Source of the DNA: the human T2T-CHM13v2.0 reference genome, Homo sapiens
Strand: one strand, 5' to 3'
DNA length: 64,000 bases
NCBI RefSeq assembly: GCF_009914755.1
Contig: NC_060938.1
Both the position numbers and the translations under genes were made by a program. Positions 1 to 13,559 of this stretch are shown piece by piece. Position 1 is the first letter of the stretch. The number at the start of each line of letters is the position of its first letter. Below the pieces are notes generated by a model, which ran no database searches, was not told where the DNA came from, and saw only the letters and a list, made by a program, of their open reading frames with translations.

Positions 1-275
<275 letters not shown>

Positions 276-766
276 TAGAACTCCTTCTTTCCACAGTGTA
301 GAAAGTACACATTACAAAGCTCAGTCAAATGCCAGGAACTTAAACATCCACACATTAGCATAAATTGTTAATTAATTTCTCAAAAAAAGAAAAAAATGCA
401 TCTCACTTGAATTCCAGGGAATCAACCTAAAGTATACTGAGATTCCTAAACTGAACCTTAAAACACAAGACACAGAATCAAAAGTCAAAGAACAAAAGGA
501 ACATTCTTCAGCAGGAGATAGGGAGCTGGTTTTAGAAACAGGGGGAGATCACCGAGTCTCAGCATAAGCAAAAGCAACACAGAAACCTAGGCTTTTGAAA
601 AATGTCTAAAATACAGCAAAAGAGAAGGCATTCGAATGTTTTTGTGTAGTAATAGCAGGCTACTAATACAGGAATACAGACTATATTAATCCATGACATT
701 TCAGTGAAACAATAAAAACAACTCTTTGGACATCCAGAAACAAAGGATGTTTTATCTAGTTAACTT

Positions 767-1059
767 TTTTTTTTTTTGAGACAGGGTCTGGCTCTGTCTC
801 CCAGGCTGGAGTGCAGCAGCCCAACCTCGGCTCACTGTGACCTCCACCTCCTAGGCTCAAGCGATCCTCCCACCTCACCCTCCTGAGTAGTCGGGACTAC
901 AGGCGTGTGCCACTACGCCCAGCTAATTTTTGTATTTTTTGTAGAGATGGGGTTTCACCATGTTGCCCAGACTGGTCCCAAATTCCTGGACTTAAGTGAT
1001 CCACTCACCTCACCCTCTCAAAGTGCTGGGATTACAGGCATGAACCACTGCCCCTGGCC
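767..1059 (-). mobile_element. Alu (AluJ-like)
   Basis: polyT then gagacagggtct...ggctcaagcgatcctcccacctca; ORF 905-1144 is Alu-derived. Confidence 0.85.
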
Positions 1060-1353
1060 CCCTTTTTATTCATATGTGAAGACAATAGAAAGACATTCTT
1101 CCATCACTAATATTTACTTAATTAACATTTCTGAGTGCCTTTGATATGACAAGCACTATGCTAAGTGCCATATAGGGAGAGGTGAACAAAACAGACAGGT
1201 GCTTGTATCCTAGAAAACTTTGCCTCTGCACACCTTGCTTGTGATAATAATTATAGGGCATATGCCAAACACTGAGCTATAAATCTATGAAGGAAGGATG
1301 TTGCTTACTTATCACAAGTGATAACCAGTGATACCAGTATCTATGAGCCATAG

Positions 1354-1716
<363 letters not shown>

Positions 1717-2169
1717 AAGAAAACTCTTTCTTTATTGCAGCATTAGGCACCCCCAATAAGAGCCCACTCACATCATCATGATAGACAGAAACACTGCAGG
1801 GGGAAAAATGATCTTGCCTTTGGGCACCAGGACATTGGGACCTCCCAAGTAGTCTGCATCAGTGGATCATAAGGACCAACCATTTATCAAATCTGGGAAA
1901 GACAAAAGGCAAGCATAAGATTAAAAAGTAATGCAGGTCTTCACCAGATGGCTCTGCTGCTTAATAAGTAAAATCACAATCACAGAAGGTGATAACCAAG
2001 GATAATTAGGTAAACGACCACACTCCATTTAATCACAGTTCAGAAGATCTTCCCTAATTTCTGCTGAAGTCTCTTCAATAATTTCACCTACCTCTGGAAG
2101 AAACTAGAGGACTAATGGGAAGAGTCCATTGGTGTTTATGTGGGAAAAGGAAGGTGCAAGCCATTTCAG

Positions 2170-2302
2170 CTCAAGGAAAGAAAGGAAGGGAGGGAGGGAG
2201 GAAGAAAGAGAAAGAGAAATGAGGAAAGGAAGGAACGGAAAAGAGAGAAAAGAAGAAAGGAGGGTAGAAGAAAGAAAGGAGGGAGGGAGGAAAGAAGAGA
2301 AA
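2170..2302 (+). repeat. Purine-rich (GA) low-complexity tract
   Basis: aaggaaagaaaggaagggaggg... almost exclusively A/G. Confidence 0.9.
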
Positions 2303-3000
2303 CTGACTTTCCAAAGACACAGCTGAAGCAGCAGCTAAGAGGTAACATTATGAAAGTATGGGGTATCATTCTTCAGGATGCAGTGTATTTATTAAATCAG
2401 AGGCCTGTAAAGGGTACTGTGTTCCCAATAGGAAGAATACACGGATCCAGGAACCGAGAAGTAGAAGCAGGAGTAGCTCCACTTACCATCTCTCTGATTG
2501 ACCCACTCAGATATGTTGTGCTTTCATTTCTGTAACTCTGGGCTCTGCAGGGTCAAAGGTCCAGGTCCCCAAAGAAGATGCACCCTTGCCAACTTACACA
2601 GAAAGGTCTCATTGAACTGCAAGCTACAGCTTTTCCCAGGACACTTTGGATTTCTCGTGTCTAGGGACCAGCAGACGTGAAGAGGAGTTGCCATACTGTC
2701 AAGGCTAAGTAACCTTGATTAGCAGGAGGGAGGTAGGGCTGCTTTTACCCAATAGAGGCAGAAAAGAATTTATGTAGAACCCAAGTAATCTACTTGGGTG
2801 CTTTCTGTTACTCCCATGCTCCATTTTAACTGTGAATGTAAGTGTGTAGCCACCTCAGCCTGAGAAAAATATGATTACCAAGGGCTTAACCCTCAGAACT
2901 GGTGAGAGGGTAAATAAGAATAAGCAACTAAGACCTAAGGGTAAAGGGAGATTAGAATACATAGTAAAGGAAGGAGTGGATGGGTGCTAGTTACAGCCCC
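2303..3000 (+). mobile_element. ERVL/MaLR internal fragment (integrase C-terminal region)
   Basis: Translation WGIILQDAVYLLNQRP..GTVFPIGRIHGSRN.EVEAGVAPLTI matches the ERV-L pol integrase end as I recall it; disrupted. Confidence 0.7.
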
Positions 3001-3156
3001 AAGATCTGCGGCATTGACAGTGACTACAGTTTGTTTGTCCACAGTAAACTTCCTCTTAAGTTTCCCTTCAGGAACAGAGACTGGTAGGAAGCCTGGAGGA
3101 GTTGTCTCTTGAACCTGTCTGGGGAAGCAGATCTGTGTGGCTCAAGAGGTGGACCT

Positions 3157-3459
<303 letters not shown>

Positions 3460-3499
3460 CTAAAAAAGTTTCTACATGAGTTTATAAGTACTCGCTTCT

Positions 3500-4525
3500 G
3501 CATGTCTGAAAAAATCTCTGTCTAATAAGAGAGACACACCTCAAAAGTTTTATCAATAAAAAAGGTACAAAAAAGTCAGAATAAAAATAGGACATAAAAT
3601 CAATGCTATAAATATTAAACAGATTATGAATAACTTTGTGCTAATATATTTGGGAACTTTAGACGAAATGGATAAATTCCTACATGGGAAAAAACAATCT
3701 ACCAAAGCTTTCTCAAGAAGAAATGGAAAAGTTAGCATCTCTTTAACCATTAAGGAAATTGAAACAGAAGTTTAAAATAGTTTGAGGCTAAGCCTGGTGG
3801 TGTGTACCTGTAGACCCAGCTACTCTGGAGGCTGAGGCAGCAGGATTATTCGAGATCAGGAGTTCAAGCCCAGGAGTTTGAGGCACCTGAGACCGAGTGT
3901 TCAAGGATCAGTTGAGACCAGTAATTCGAGGTATGCTCTGTGATTGCACCTGTGAATAGCCACTGCACACTAGCCTGGGCAACATAGGAAGACCCATCTC
4001 CAAAAAAAAAAAAAAAGGAAAAGAAAAAAGAAAAAGCAGTCTCAAAGAAAATAAGAAAATATCAGGACCAAACAGCCTTACATGTGAGTTCTACCAAGTA
4101 TTAAAATAACATATAATTCCAGTTACAAAATAAAGAAGGACTACTCCCCAATTCATTTCTGGAAGCTAACATATAACCTAGATACCAAAATTAAACAAGG
4201 CAATACAAAAAATTACAGACCAATCTCATTCGTGAACATAAATGCAAAAAAAATTTAACAAAATATTAGCAAATTAAATTTAGTCATATATAAAAAAGAT
4301 TATATCACATAACCAAAATGGGTTTATCCCAGGAATACAAGGTTGGTTTAGTATTCTAAAATCAACTAATCTAATTCACCCCATTAACTGATTAAAGAAA
4401 TATGCTGTATAATCCCATCATTCAATGAAATTCCCAATCCATTCAAGAGACATAAACAGGAGCAGAAGGGAAGAAACTTTTCTAATCTAAAAATGGGCAT
4501 CTACAAAAGATCCACAGCAACAACC
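3500..4525 (+). mobile_element. Old L1 (L1M) ORF2 fragment interrupted by an Alu-type monomer at ~3786-4035
   Basis: Degenerate L1 ORF2 phrases: gaaatggataaattcc, agaccaatctcattcgtgaacata.atgcaaaa, gggtttatcccaggaatacaaggttggttt. Confidence 0.75.
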
Positions 4526-5224
4526 AGACCTACCAAAATGGCCCCTTAAAGATTTCTTGAAGGCACTTTTATAGCGAGCATTAGGCTAAGTGCTGAATGT
4601 CAAGAACAAAGGCAAAACAGCTATACCTCCTGGCATCGGGGGAAGGAATGAAAGTAATAGTATCCAGTTTTGTCACTGGATTATTCCAAAAGGGTAAAAT
4701 CCTCACGCAACTCTGTTCCACAGGCACCGGGCTAGTCAGTTAATGGACGGCTGCCCTAGAGTCAAGTGCCCTCCTTTGCTTCAAAACCTTGTCACCATTC
4801 TGCTGGAGTCACAGGGTAGAGAATATGAACACCTTTGGATGCTTCCTCTCGTGGATAAAATAACCTCCTTCAGAAGGGGATCGGTGATGTAATGGATTCC
4901 ATGAAAGAAATAAGCTCTTCTCCAGCGCAGCTGAACTGTAAAGCTCATAACACAAGTAGGTCCTCAGTGCATATTCACTTCCTTTCCTTCTTACCTGAGG
5001 TGCTGCAGTGTGAATCTGAAGGTGGCAGGTTCAACGTTAAAGTGCTGCAGTGTATGAAAGTTATGGTAGACTCAGAAATCTGTTCTTCAACAGTTAGACT
5101 GTATTTATGCTGGCTGGATTTTGTTTATTCACCTATTATCGTCTACCCGTGTCAGCAACCAAGAAACCTGCAGCCTGTCTCAAAGGAAACCAAGAAAGAA
5201 GTTTTGGACTCTTGTGCAGGAAGC

Positions 5225-5420
5225 TTGTGGCGCGGCGCCCCCTGCCGACCAATACGACGGCCACGGGAACTGGGAGACCACGAAGGCTCTGGGCCTGCGG
5301 AGTTGCCCAAGCTCCTCCGGCTTCTCCGGAAACGGCTTTTTCCGGTGACACCCCTGGAGCCACAGTGATTTGTTTCCCTAAAGGAAGCGGTTTCCCGCCA
5401 GGGTATCGTCCCTAATACCC
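5225..5420. promoter_or_regulatory. Small CpG-rich promoter-like patch with CCAAT and ETS (CCGGAA) motifs
   Basis: Dense CpGs (gcgcggcgcccc, cgacggccacgg, ccggaaacgg, ttccggtg), CCAAT at 5249-5253, in a CpG-poor window. Confidence 0.5.
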
Positions 5421-5838
5421 TCCGAAGGAGCCCATTGAGGAGAAAGGCATAGAATGTCCCGCAGAAGGCAGAAGGACCCTATGATCCAGGAAACCTAGGG
5501 CCAGCCATCAGGGGGTTTTATGAGAGCAGCTGGTGGGAAGATCAGCCCCAGGAGAAGGGGATTGTCTAGCAGCTTGGTTGGAGCAAGTCTTTTCCCGAGT
5601 ATTATTTCCGTAATTCAGGCTCCCTCCCACCAACCCTCCACTGCAGCCTTATCCTCCACCAAAAGCCCTGACACTGTGGCAGGGGTAGGGCACATGGGGT
5701 TGGTGGGGAACAGGCTGTAAGAAAGACGCAGGAGCCTGCGTGCAAAGGACGAAGCATTTACAAAGAAGACCTTGACAGTGCTGCACAGATTTGAAGGCGT
5801 AGGGTGCAAGTCATTCAGGTGCCGTTGTCAGGAGGAAC

Positions 5839-6267
5839 CTAGCCATCCAGGTGAACAGATGCCCCCTTCTTGCAGCCCACTCGCATGGGCCTGGTGGACT
5901 CCTTCTTATTTTTGGTAGTGGCAGTGAAGAGGTCGGGTCCCTGTGCTGGCAAAGCAGTCAGTGACATTGACATCATGAGTACTGTTGTGGCAGCTGCACA
6001 TGGAGGGGCTGTTGGTACAGGGCAGTGGTGGAGTTCTGCAGAAATCTGCTATGGTGGTCAGATTCTATGAATGAATGTGTGGATCTGCTCGCATTTACCC
6101 CTATAGATCAGCCAACGGCGCCTCATCATCACATCACAGTATCGGTGGTGTCCTCTAGGGACCCACGACCTGGGGTTGTCTATATGTCGTGTTGAGAAGG
6201 GCAGGGCTGGAATGAAGACAGTTACGTCCAAAAGGAGGAAAAGGAGGAGGGTCCACATCAGATTTAT
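5839..6267 (-). pseudogene. Divergent RNase A superfamily pseudogene (signal peptide, 8 canonical Cys, two frameshifts)
   Basis: Manual reconstruction: [I/M]NLMWTLLLFLLLDVTVFIPALPFSTRHIDNPRSWVPRGHHRYCDVMMRRRWLIYRGKCEQIHTFIH/NLTTIADFCRTPPLPCTNSPSMCSCHNSTHDVNVTDCFASTGTRPLHCHYQ/KKESTRPMRVGCKKGASVHLDG*; acceptor tttcacag|GAAAC at 6273. Confidence 0.9.
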
Positions 6268-6972
6268 GTTTCCTGTGAAAGCATTTCAAAGAAGAGCAGA
6301 GTCAAAAGAACAAGCCACGGTCCCTTGTCCTGTTCCTAAGAAGTCTTGGCCCTATACTTAATGTTCCCAGTTCTCCCCTCCTGCCTTTTCTACACTTATT
6401 CTTTGTGTACTCTTGGCAACAAGTGTTCTCACATCCTTTTCCCACCTCCTTGTCAATAACGGAGATGACTACCGCCCTCTCAACCCTTTATGGGATTGTC
6501 CTATGTACAAGGTTATTTCCAAACCCCAAAGTGATTCTTGCTCCTTACCTAAGCAGACCAGTTAAACTAAAAACTTTCATCTCTGAGGTGTTTGCATCTA
6601 TCAGTCCATCTGCTGCTCACCCATAGCCTGTGAGGTGAGGCAGGTATCATTGCCAACCCCTTTTTAGAGTGACCTAACTCAGAAGAGAATTGACAGATCC
6701 ATATGACCTGCATCTTAGAAAATATTTTCACTTCCTTAAATACAAATGTCTGTTTAAACGCTGTTTTTAAAAATGTGAGCATTTCAATTCTAAGGGAGTA
6801 GAGTTTATGTTTCCCCCACATATTTCTCTGCCTCAAAATAAAGATTCCCAACTCTTCCATGTATAGAGCCCATCTTCCAGAAATGTTCTAATTCTTGGTG
6901 ATCAGGGATTCTGGGTGACTGTGTGTGAGCCTTCTGTCTCTAGGTCTAATATCTGACTCTTTTTTTACATAC

Positions 6973-7035
6973 CTGGTAGTTCCAAGAAAGGGTTTTCTGC
7001 AGAGCAGATGACATCCACAGAGATGGATATATCCC
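6973..7035 (-). promoter_or_regulatory. Candidate non-coding exon 1 / TATA-like region of the 5839-6267 RNase pseudogene
   Basis: Minus-strand donor CAG|GTATGT at 6973/6972 and gatatat ~55 nt upstream; would give a 700-nt intron to the acceptor at 6273, matching the two-exon RNase layout. Confidence 0.35.
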
Positions 7036-7576
7036 TCTCAGAGGTTGATACTCCTAGTAGAAATGGAATCCCCGTTGCCTCTCTCCTTCCTCTAATCTTG
7101 TAGAAATTTCATTGTGGATATTTTCTTCCCAGAGGTTAGGGTGCAGGCCGTATGGAAAACTCTCAGGCCTGTCAATGATCTTAAACAGATTGCCAGGTAT
7201 TACTAATTTTATGCTTACTATTTCACACCTAAAGTGTTCACCAGCATCACACAGAGTGCCTATGACATCACTGCAAATATGCAGAAACTTGGGGTTTAGT
7301 GTCTATCATAAGCTTGCTAATGGAGCTTGGCAAATCACCTTATCCTTCTACTCCTCATCACTAAAGTGAAGATTATAGACAAAAGATCTCTTTCAGCTCT
7401 CACATTCTGTATTTTTTTTATACATTACTGTGTGGGTTCATGTGTGATTTTGTATATGTGCATATTGGTATACACATGTTCAAGTAAGGAGAAATAATTA
7501 GTTTGCAAATTGAGTTTCCATTTGAGAATTGTTAATCTAATTAAGTGCAATTTTTCCAATTTTAAAACTCTATGAT

Positions 7577-7878
<302 letters not shown>

Positions 7879-7879
7879 T

Positions 7880-8470
7880 TATGGGTATGTAGTAGGTGTA
7901 TATATTTAAGGGGTACATGAGATATTTTGATACAGGCATCCAATGCCTAATAATCACATCAGGGTAAATGGGGTATCCATCCCTTCAAGCATTTTTTCTT
8001 TATGCTACAAACAAGCCAATTTAAATCTTTTAGTTATTTTAAAATGTACAATAAAATTATTATTGATGATAGTCACCCTATATTTGTGCTATCAAAACTA
8101 GATCTTATACATTCTTTTTTCTTTTTGAGACCGAGTCTTGTTCTGTCGCCCAGACTGGAGTGTAGTGGCATGATCTTGGCTCAGTACAACTTCTGCCTCC
8201 TGGGTTCAAGTGAGTCTCCTGCCTCAGCCTCCCAAGTAGCTGGGATTACAGGCATATGCCACCATGCCCAGCTAATTTTTGTATTTTTAGTAGGAACGGT
8301 GTTTAGCCATGTTGGCCAGGCTGGTCTTCAACCCCTGACCTCAGGTGATCTGCCGCCTCAACTTCCCAAAGTGCTAGGATTACAGGTGTGAGGCACTGTG
8401 CCCAGCCTATTCATTCTATTTTTTTTTTTTTTTTACCCATTAACCATTAACTTCCCCCTCACCCACCCTC
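7880..8470 (-). mobile_element. L1MA 3' end fragment interrupted by a minus-strand Alu (~8113-8406)
   Basis: ggggtacatgagatattttgatacaggcat...taataatcacatcagggtaaatggggtatccat is typical of L1MA 3' ends. Confidence 0.75.
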
Positions 8471-8474
8471 CAAT

Positions 8475-9660
8475 GCTAGGCACTTTGAATCAAATAAAAT
8501 GAAAGGGTGTTAGAATCAGCCTCAGAACCAAGGACTTTCTTAACTTCTCCTGTTTTGCCCCTAAGTGCAGGATGAAACTCTTCCTTTCTGAAGTTACCTT
8601 ATCCAAAGCTCCTCCAGAAAGAACCCAGTGGACTTTGATCACCTCCCTGAGATTTTCTTAACCAGAGAAGATTAAACTCACAGCAGAAAGTGAGACTGAG
8701 GGATGTCACCACACCTAGGCAGACTTTGTCAGAAGCTGTTGTCTATTCTTTGTCATACTCCAAAGAGTTTCCAAAGAGTATAATTTACAAACTATGGTAG
8801 GTTCTTTGGGCCCATTCAACTCTCCTAAAAATAATTTCCTATTCCTCAAAATTGCCTACATTCCGCCATCTCTCTCTCTCCTGTGAAGAAGGGCATATAG
8901 ATTCTGAACCTCACTGGGTTACTGGGAAGTCACTCTCTCATCATTCCCCCATGAATACAATAAACTTGCCTTTTTCTGCAGATAATCTTCCATCGGTTAA
9001 TTTCGGCAAACTCAAACCTTAAAGGGAAAGGGAAATTCCCCTTTACCCCTACATATGCAAATTAATTATTTAGATTAATAATTGCTAGATATAAAATTGG
9101 CATATGGTTTATTTATTTTTATATTTCAGCACAGGGGAGGGAAAAATGACTTCCTTCCACCCTCTTAGGTTTTTTGTGGCTGGGCTACAAGTTAAATTAC
9201 ATAAGACGGATTAACACAAGAAAAACTGTATTAAATTATGTGTGTATACATAGGAGTCCCACAAAAATATAAGACTCAAAGAAAGGCCAGATGAATAAAG
9301 CTTATATAGCATCTTAAGCTACAGAAAGAAACAGAGGCTTGGGGCTTCTGGAGAGTGGTGGTGCAAGTTACCGGAGCGTGAGAGGAGGAAACATATAGTA
9401 AATACATGGTAAATAAAGGTTGCCTTGTTATGCAGATAAGAGTCTCTCAGGGGATAAAAATTGCCTTGGAGCAGCTCTCTTCCTGATCAAAAACACCTTT
9501 ACCAGTGAAAATTTCTTTTATAGATCTAAATTTCTTTTACAAAAGGGCAGCTTTTCAGAGCTAACTCCTGTGCGGGCAGTTTCTCTAAATAAATAGTTAA
9601 TAATCAATATGCTAGAGAGGAATATTTTGGAGTGATGTGTTCTGAGCCCTAACCCCAGCA
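8475..9660. mobile_element. Two ERV1-class solo LTRs (MER39/MER34/MER4-group-like), ~8475-9053 and ~9135-9663
   Basis: gcctcagaaccaagg, aataaa, cccctaca terminus; reverse piece ending ttctgagccc...caaca. Confidence 0.5.
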
Positions 9661-9884
9661 ACAGGCAGAAACTGAAATGTTAAAATGATTCAATTTGCAA
9701 TACTATTAAAAATATTAAGTTCATAAGGAGAAAAACTAGGAAAAGATAAACAAGAACTTTATGGACAAAAGTACAAAACTTTATTGTGAGACATTAAGGT
9801 AACCAGAGAGTTAGAGCATGTTTATAGATTGCAAGACTCACTAATTTAGATACATCAATTTTTCTGCAAATTGACCTATAGATT

Positions 9885-10610
9885 TGTAATTGCCTGATGG
9901 GTTCTTCCTGCCTGCTGCACAGACAAAATCAGTTCACTGAGACCATGGCATTGCAGTAAAGAAAGGGTTTCATTGACACAAGACTGGCAACGAGGGAGAC
10001 AGAGTTATTACTCAAATCAGTCTTCCTGCAGGCTTGGAGGTTAGGGGTTTGCGAGGATAGTTTGGTGGGCAGGTGGCTAGAGAATGGGTGCTGCTGATTG
10101 GCTGGGAATGAAATCATATAGGTGTGAAAAACAATCCTCGTGGGCTGCCTCGTGGGCTGAGTCTGCATCTGGGTGGAACCACATGACTGGTTGAGTTATG
10201 AGCCCTGGTTCCATAGGTTGCCAGAATGCAAAAATCTGAAAAAACATCTCAAAAGACAAAACTCAGGCTCCACAGTAGTGATGTTACCTATAGGAGCAAT
10301 TGGAGAAGTGACAAATCTTGTGACCTCTGGTCACGTGACCCTTGAGCAGTAAGGGATTATAGAAAATACATTTCATCAGAATTCAGGAGCCTCTCATAAT
10401 CCTAACCTTGCAGCCTTTCACTAGTTTTACAGAGTTTTGGGAAAGGCTACTATCATCCTCACTTTACAGTTGAACTATAAACTAAATTCCACCTGATGTA
10501 GGTTGGCCTATGCCCAGGAATGACCATGGACAGCTTGGAGGTTAGAAGCAAGATAAAGTCAACTATGTCAGATTTCTCTTACTGTCAAAATCTTTGCAAA
10601 GGCAGTTTCA
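9885..10610 (-). mobile_element. LTR8-family solo LTR (ERV1) inserted in an old L1
   Basis: Minus strand begins TGAAACTGCCTTTGCAAAG and ends ...CAATTACA; 4-bp target site duplication gatt/gatt. Confidence 0.8.
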
Positions 10611-12294
10611 GATTCAGTACAATTCCAATCAAATTCTCAACCCAGTTTTTGTTTGTTTAGTTTGGGAACTTACTGATTCTAGAGGATATATAGATGTATA
10701 AGAATAGCAAAGACACCTTCAAAAAAAACAAACTAAAAAACAAGGTGAGAGAGTTTGTTCTACCAGAGTACATATAAAATAGAAAACAATATCTTGTTAC
10801 ATAAAAGCCTAGTATTGCTCATTGACAGGTAGCCTTGTTCCATGTATCATTCAGAGACACAGATTACTTCCATCTTGTGGTTCTGTCATTTCCTCATCCA
10901 TTTAATGTAGCTGGCAAACAGAATAGAAGGTGGAGAAGCACACTTTCTCAACTGCGTTGGCCATTTTTCACTGGCATGGCCTTCAAGTGGGAACTATAGT
11001 TCCTACCTGAGCTGTCGCTTCTCAGCATCAACCCTACACCATGCAAGAGTGAGCATAAGCCTGAGGGCAGCTAGTTACTACAGCCACAGCAATGTAAATG
11101 GTGTTGCCAGTTTCCTCTTTGTCACAGATAGGACAAGAATAGATGCAATACAGTTAAATATGAAAGTAGAGAGAAATCTAACACAGAGTTTCCCAAAAAT
11201 GAGTTAGATAAGACCCAGGAACTTGTGCAAACTCTCATCAGTGATCGACACCATGTCAACAAACTTGCAAGGAGAAAGAAAGGTCAATCCCAAAACTGGA
11301 CCAAAAACACTTTATCTCCTTATTAGAAAACAATGGCAACATTAATAATACTACACTGCAATATCATATTTAGATGTATGGGCCAGAGAAGTGGGACGTG
11401 GACATTAAAAATGAGTCCTAGGAGGCCTGTGATAATTGGGTACTGGCTGCTCAAGAGAGGCCAAGTAACCAAAAAAAGAGCTATCATGTAGGACAGCACA
11501 CATTTAAGGAAGCCTACCCTGTGCCAGAACAGGGCTGGGAGACGGACTCAAAGATAACCAAGACATGGACCCTTCTCTCAGGAACTGTCAGCCCAGTGGT
11601 TCTGGTACCAGAGGGGAAGGACCTCCTCTTAGCAGGTGCAAAGGTGAATAAAGTGATGATGGAGCTGTGGCCCACTAGAGGATGATGCAAGTACAGACAT
11701 CGGGATGGGGAATACTGGTTGTTTGGAGGTGAGCTAGTTTTCTTTTTGAAAATCATATTCCTGTTTTATTTGAAAAACCAGTCCTCCACCTTGCTCCCGT
11801 CTGTGGCTTGGATGGACTGGCTCCACCCCAGCTCCAGTAATGAGCTACTCAGTGTGTGTGTCTCATTAGATGAGATGGGCACTTGTCCCAGTCAGAGACC
11901 TTTGCTAGGAATATTGGGAGATGAAGGCAGGACTTCATCTTGAGAGAGTGGAAGATGTGGAGTTGCTGCTGTCATCTTACAGATATACAAGGAACATCTG
12001 CCTGATAGTGGGACTATGATAGAGGAGAAAGAAACAGGAAAATACAGAGAAACCATGTACTGTTTTCATCGTCTAAGTTCTGATAAGCTGCTCATTAAGC
12101 CATAACAGTTTGTTATGGCTTAGGAGAGTTTAACTGTACATTCAGGTTCTTAGGCCCTCAGAAGAGATCAAGTTCTTGGGGGTAAGGGGTTTCAGTTGTG
12201 CTAAGTGGCCAAAAGAAGGTTCTAGAGAATTTTGTCTTAGAAATCCATGAGTGTCATTTATTCATTTCCATACTGGTAGCCTTTAATTTAATAT

Positions 12295-12790
<496 letters not shown>

Positions 12791-12799
12791 TGAGAAAAT

Positions 12800-13558
12800 T
12801 ATTTTTAAGCAAAGACTTAGAGAGAGAGGAAGTTAGCTATGCACATTGTGGGTGCGGTGTGGTTAGGGTGGCCCTGAGATAGAGATATGCCTGGTGTGTT
12901 TACGGAACAGCTAAGAGGACAGGGAACTAGAGGAAATTGAGTGGGAAGGAGAAGAGTAGGAGATTAGTTTTGAAAAGCAAATGGTTTGGGAATATGGATC
13001 ATGTAAGAGCACATGAGATTTTATAAGGATTTCATTTTACTCAGGGTGAAATGAAGAAGCACTAAAAGATTTTGAGTAGAGTTTCATGATCTGACTTATG
13101 TTTTAAAAGGACCCTCTAGCTGCTTGGGCTATCAGTGGTGGAAGCAGGAAGGCCAATGAGAATGCTTTTCCAGTAATTCTAGTGAAAGGTGATGGTGGCT
13201 CAGAACGGTGGTAGCAGTGAAGGCCATGAGAAGTGGCCAGATTCTGTGTGTGATTTGAAGGCAGAAAAAGACTTCTCTGACAGGTTGGATGTGGGATATA
13301 CGAGAAAAGAAGGTTATTCAACAATTAGAGAAAATGGACTTACCTTCTCTTGAGATGAGGAATACTGAGGGAGGAACAACTTCGGGGGAAGAGTAGGAAA
13401 AGATGATCAGTGTTTCCTGGGGACATGCTAGGTTTGATATACTTATTAGACATTTAAGAAGAAATGTCACATAGAAAGTTGCTGTACAAGTATAGGGTTC
13501 AGGAGAGAGAGGTGTACTGAAGATTTGGGCATTGTTAGAAAATTAATGATATTAAAAG
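12800..13558 (+). mobile_element. L2 fragment
   Basis: Degenerate L2 phrases: atgatctgacttatgttttaaaaggac.ctctagctgct, ggacatgctaggtttga. Confidence 0.6.
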
Positions 13559-13559
13559 T

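Noticed and set aside
4892-5368. 158-aa plus-strand ORF with a partial paralogue at 37184-37414
   Set aside because: No recognisable domain; similarity is explained by the duplication, and the paralogue has a stop and lacks the ATG
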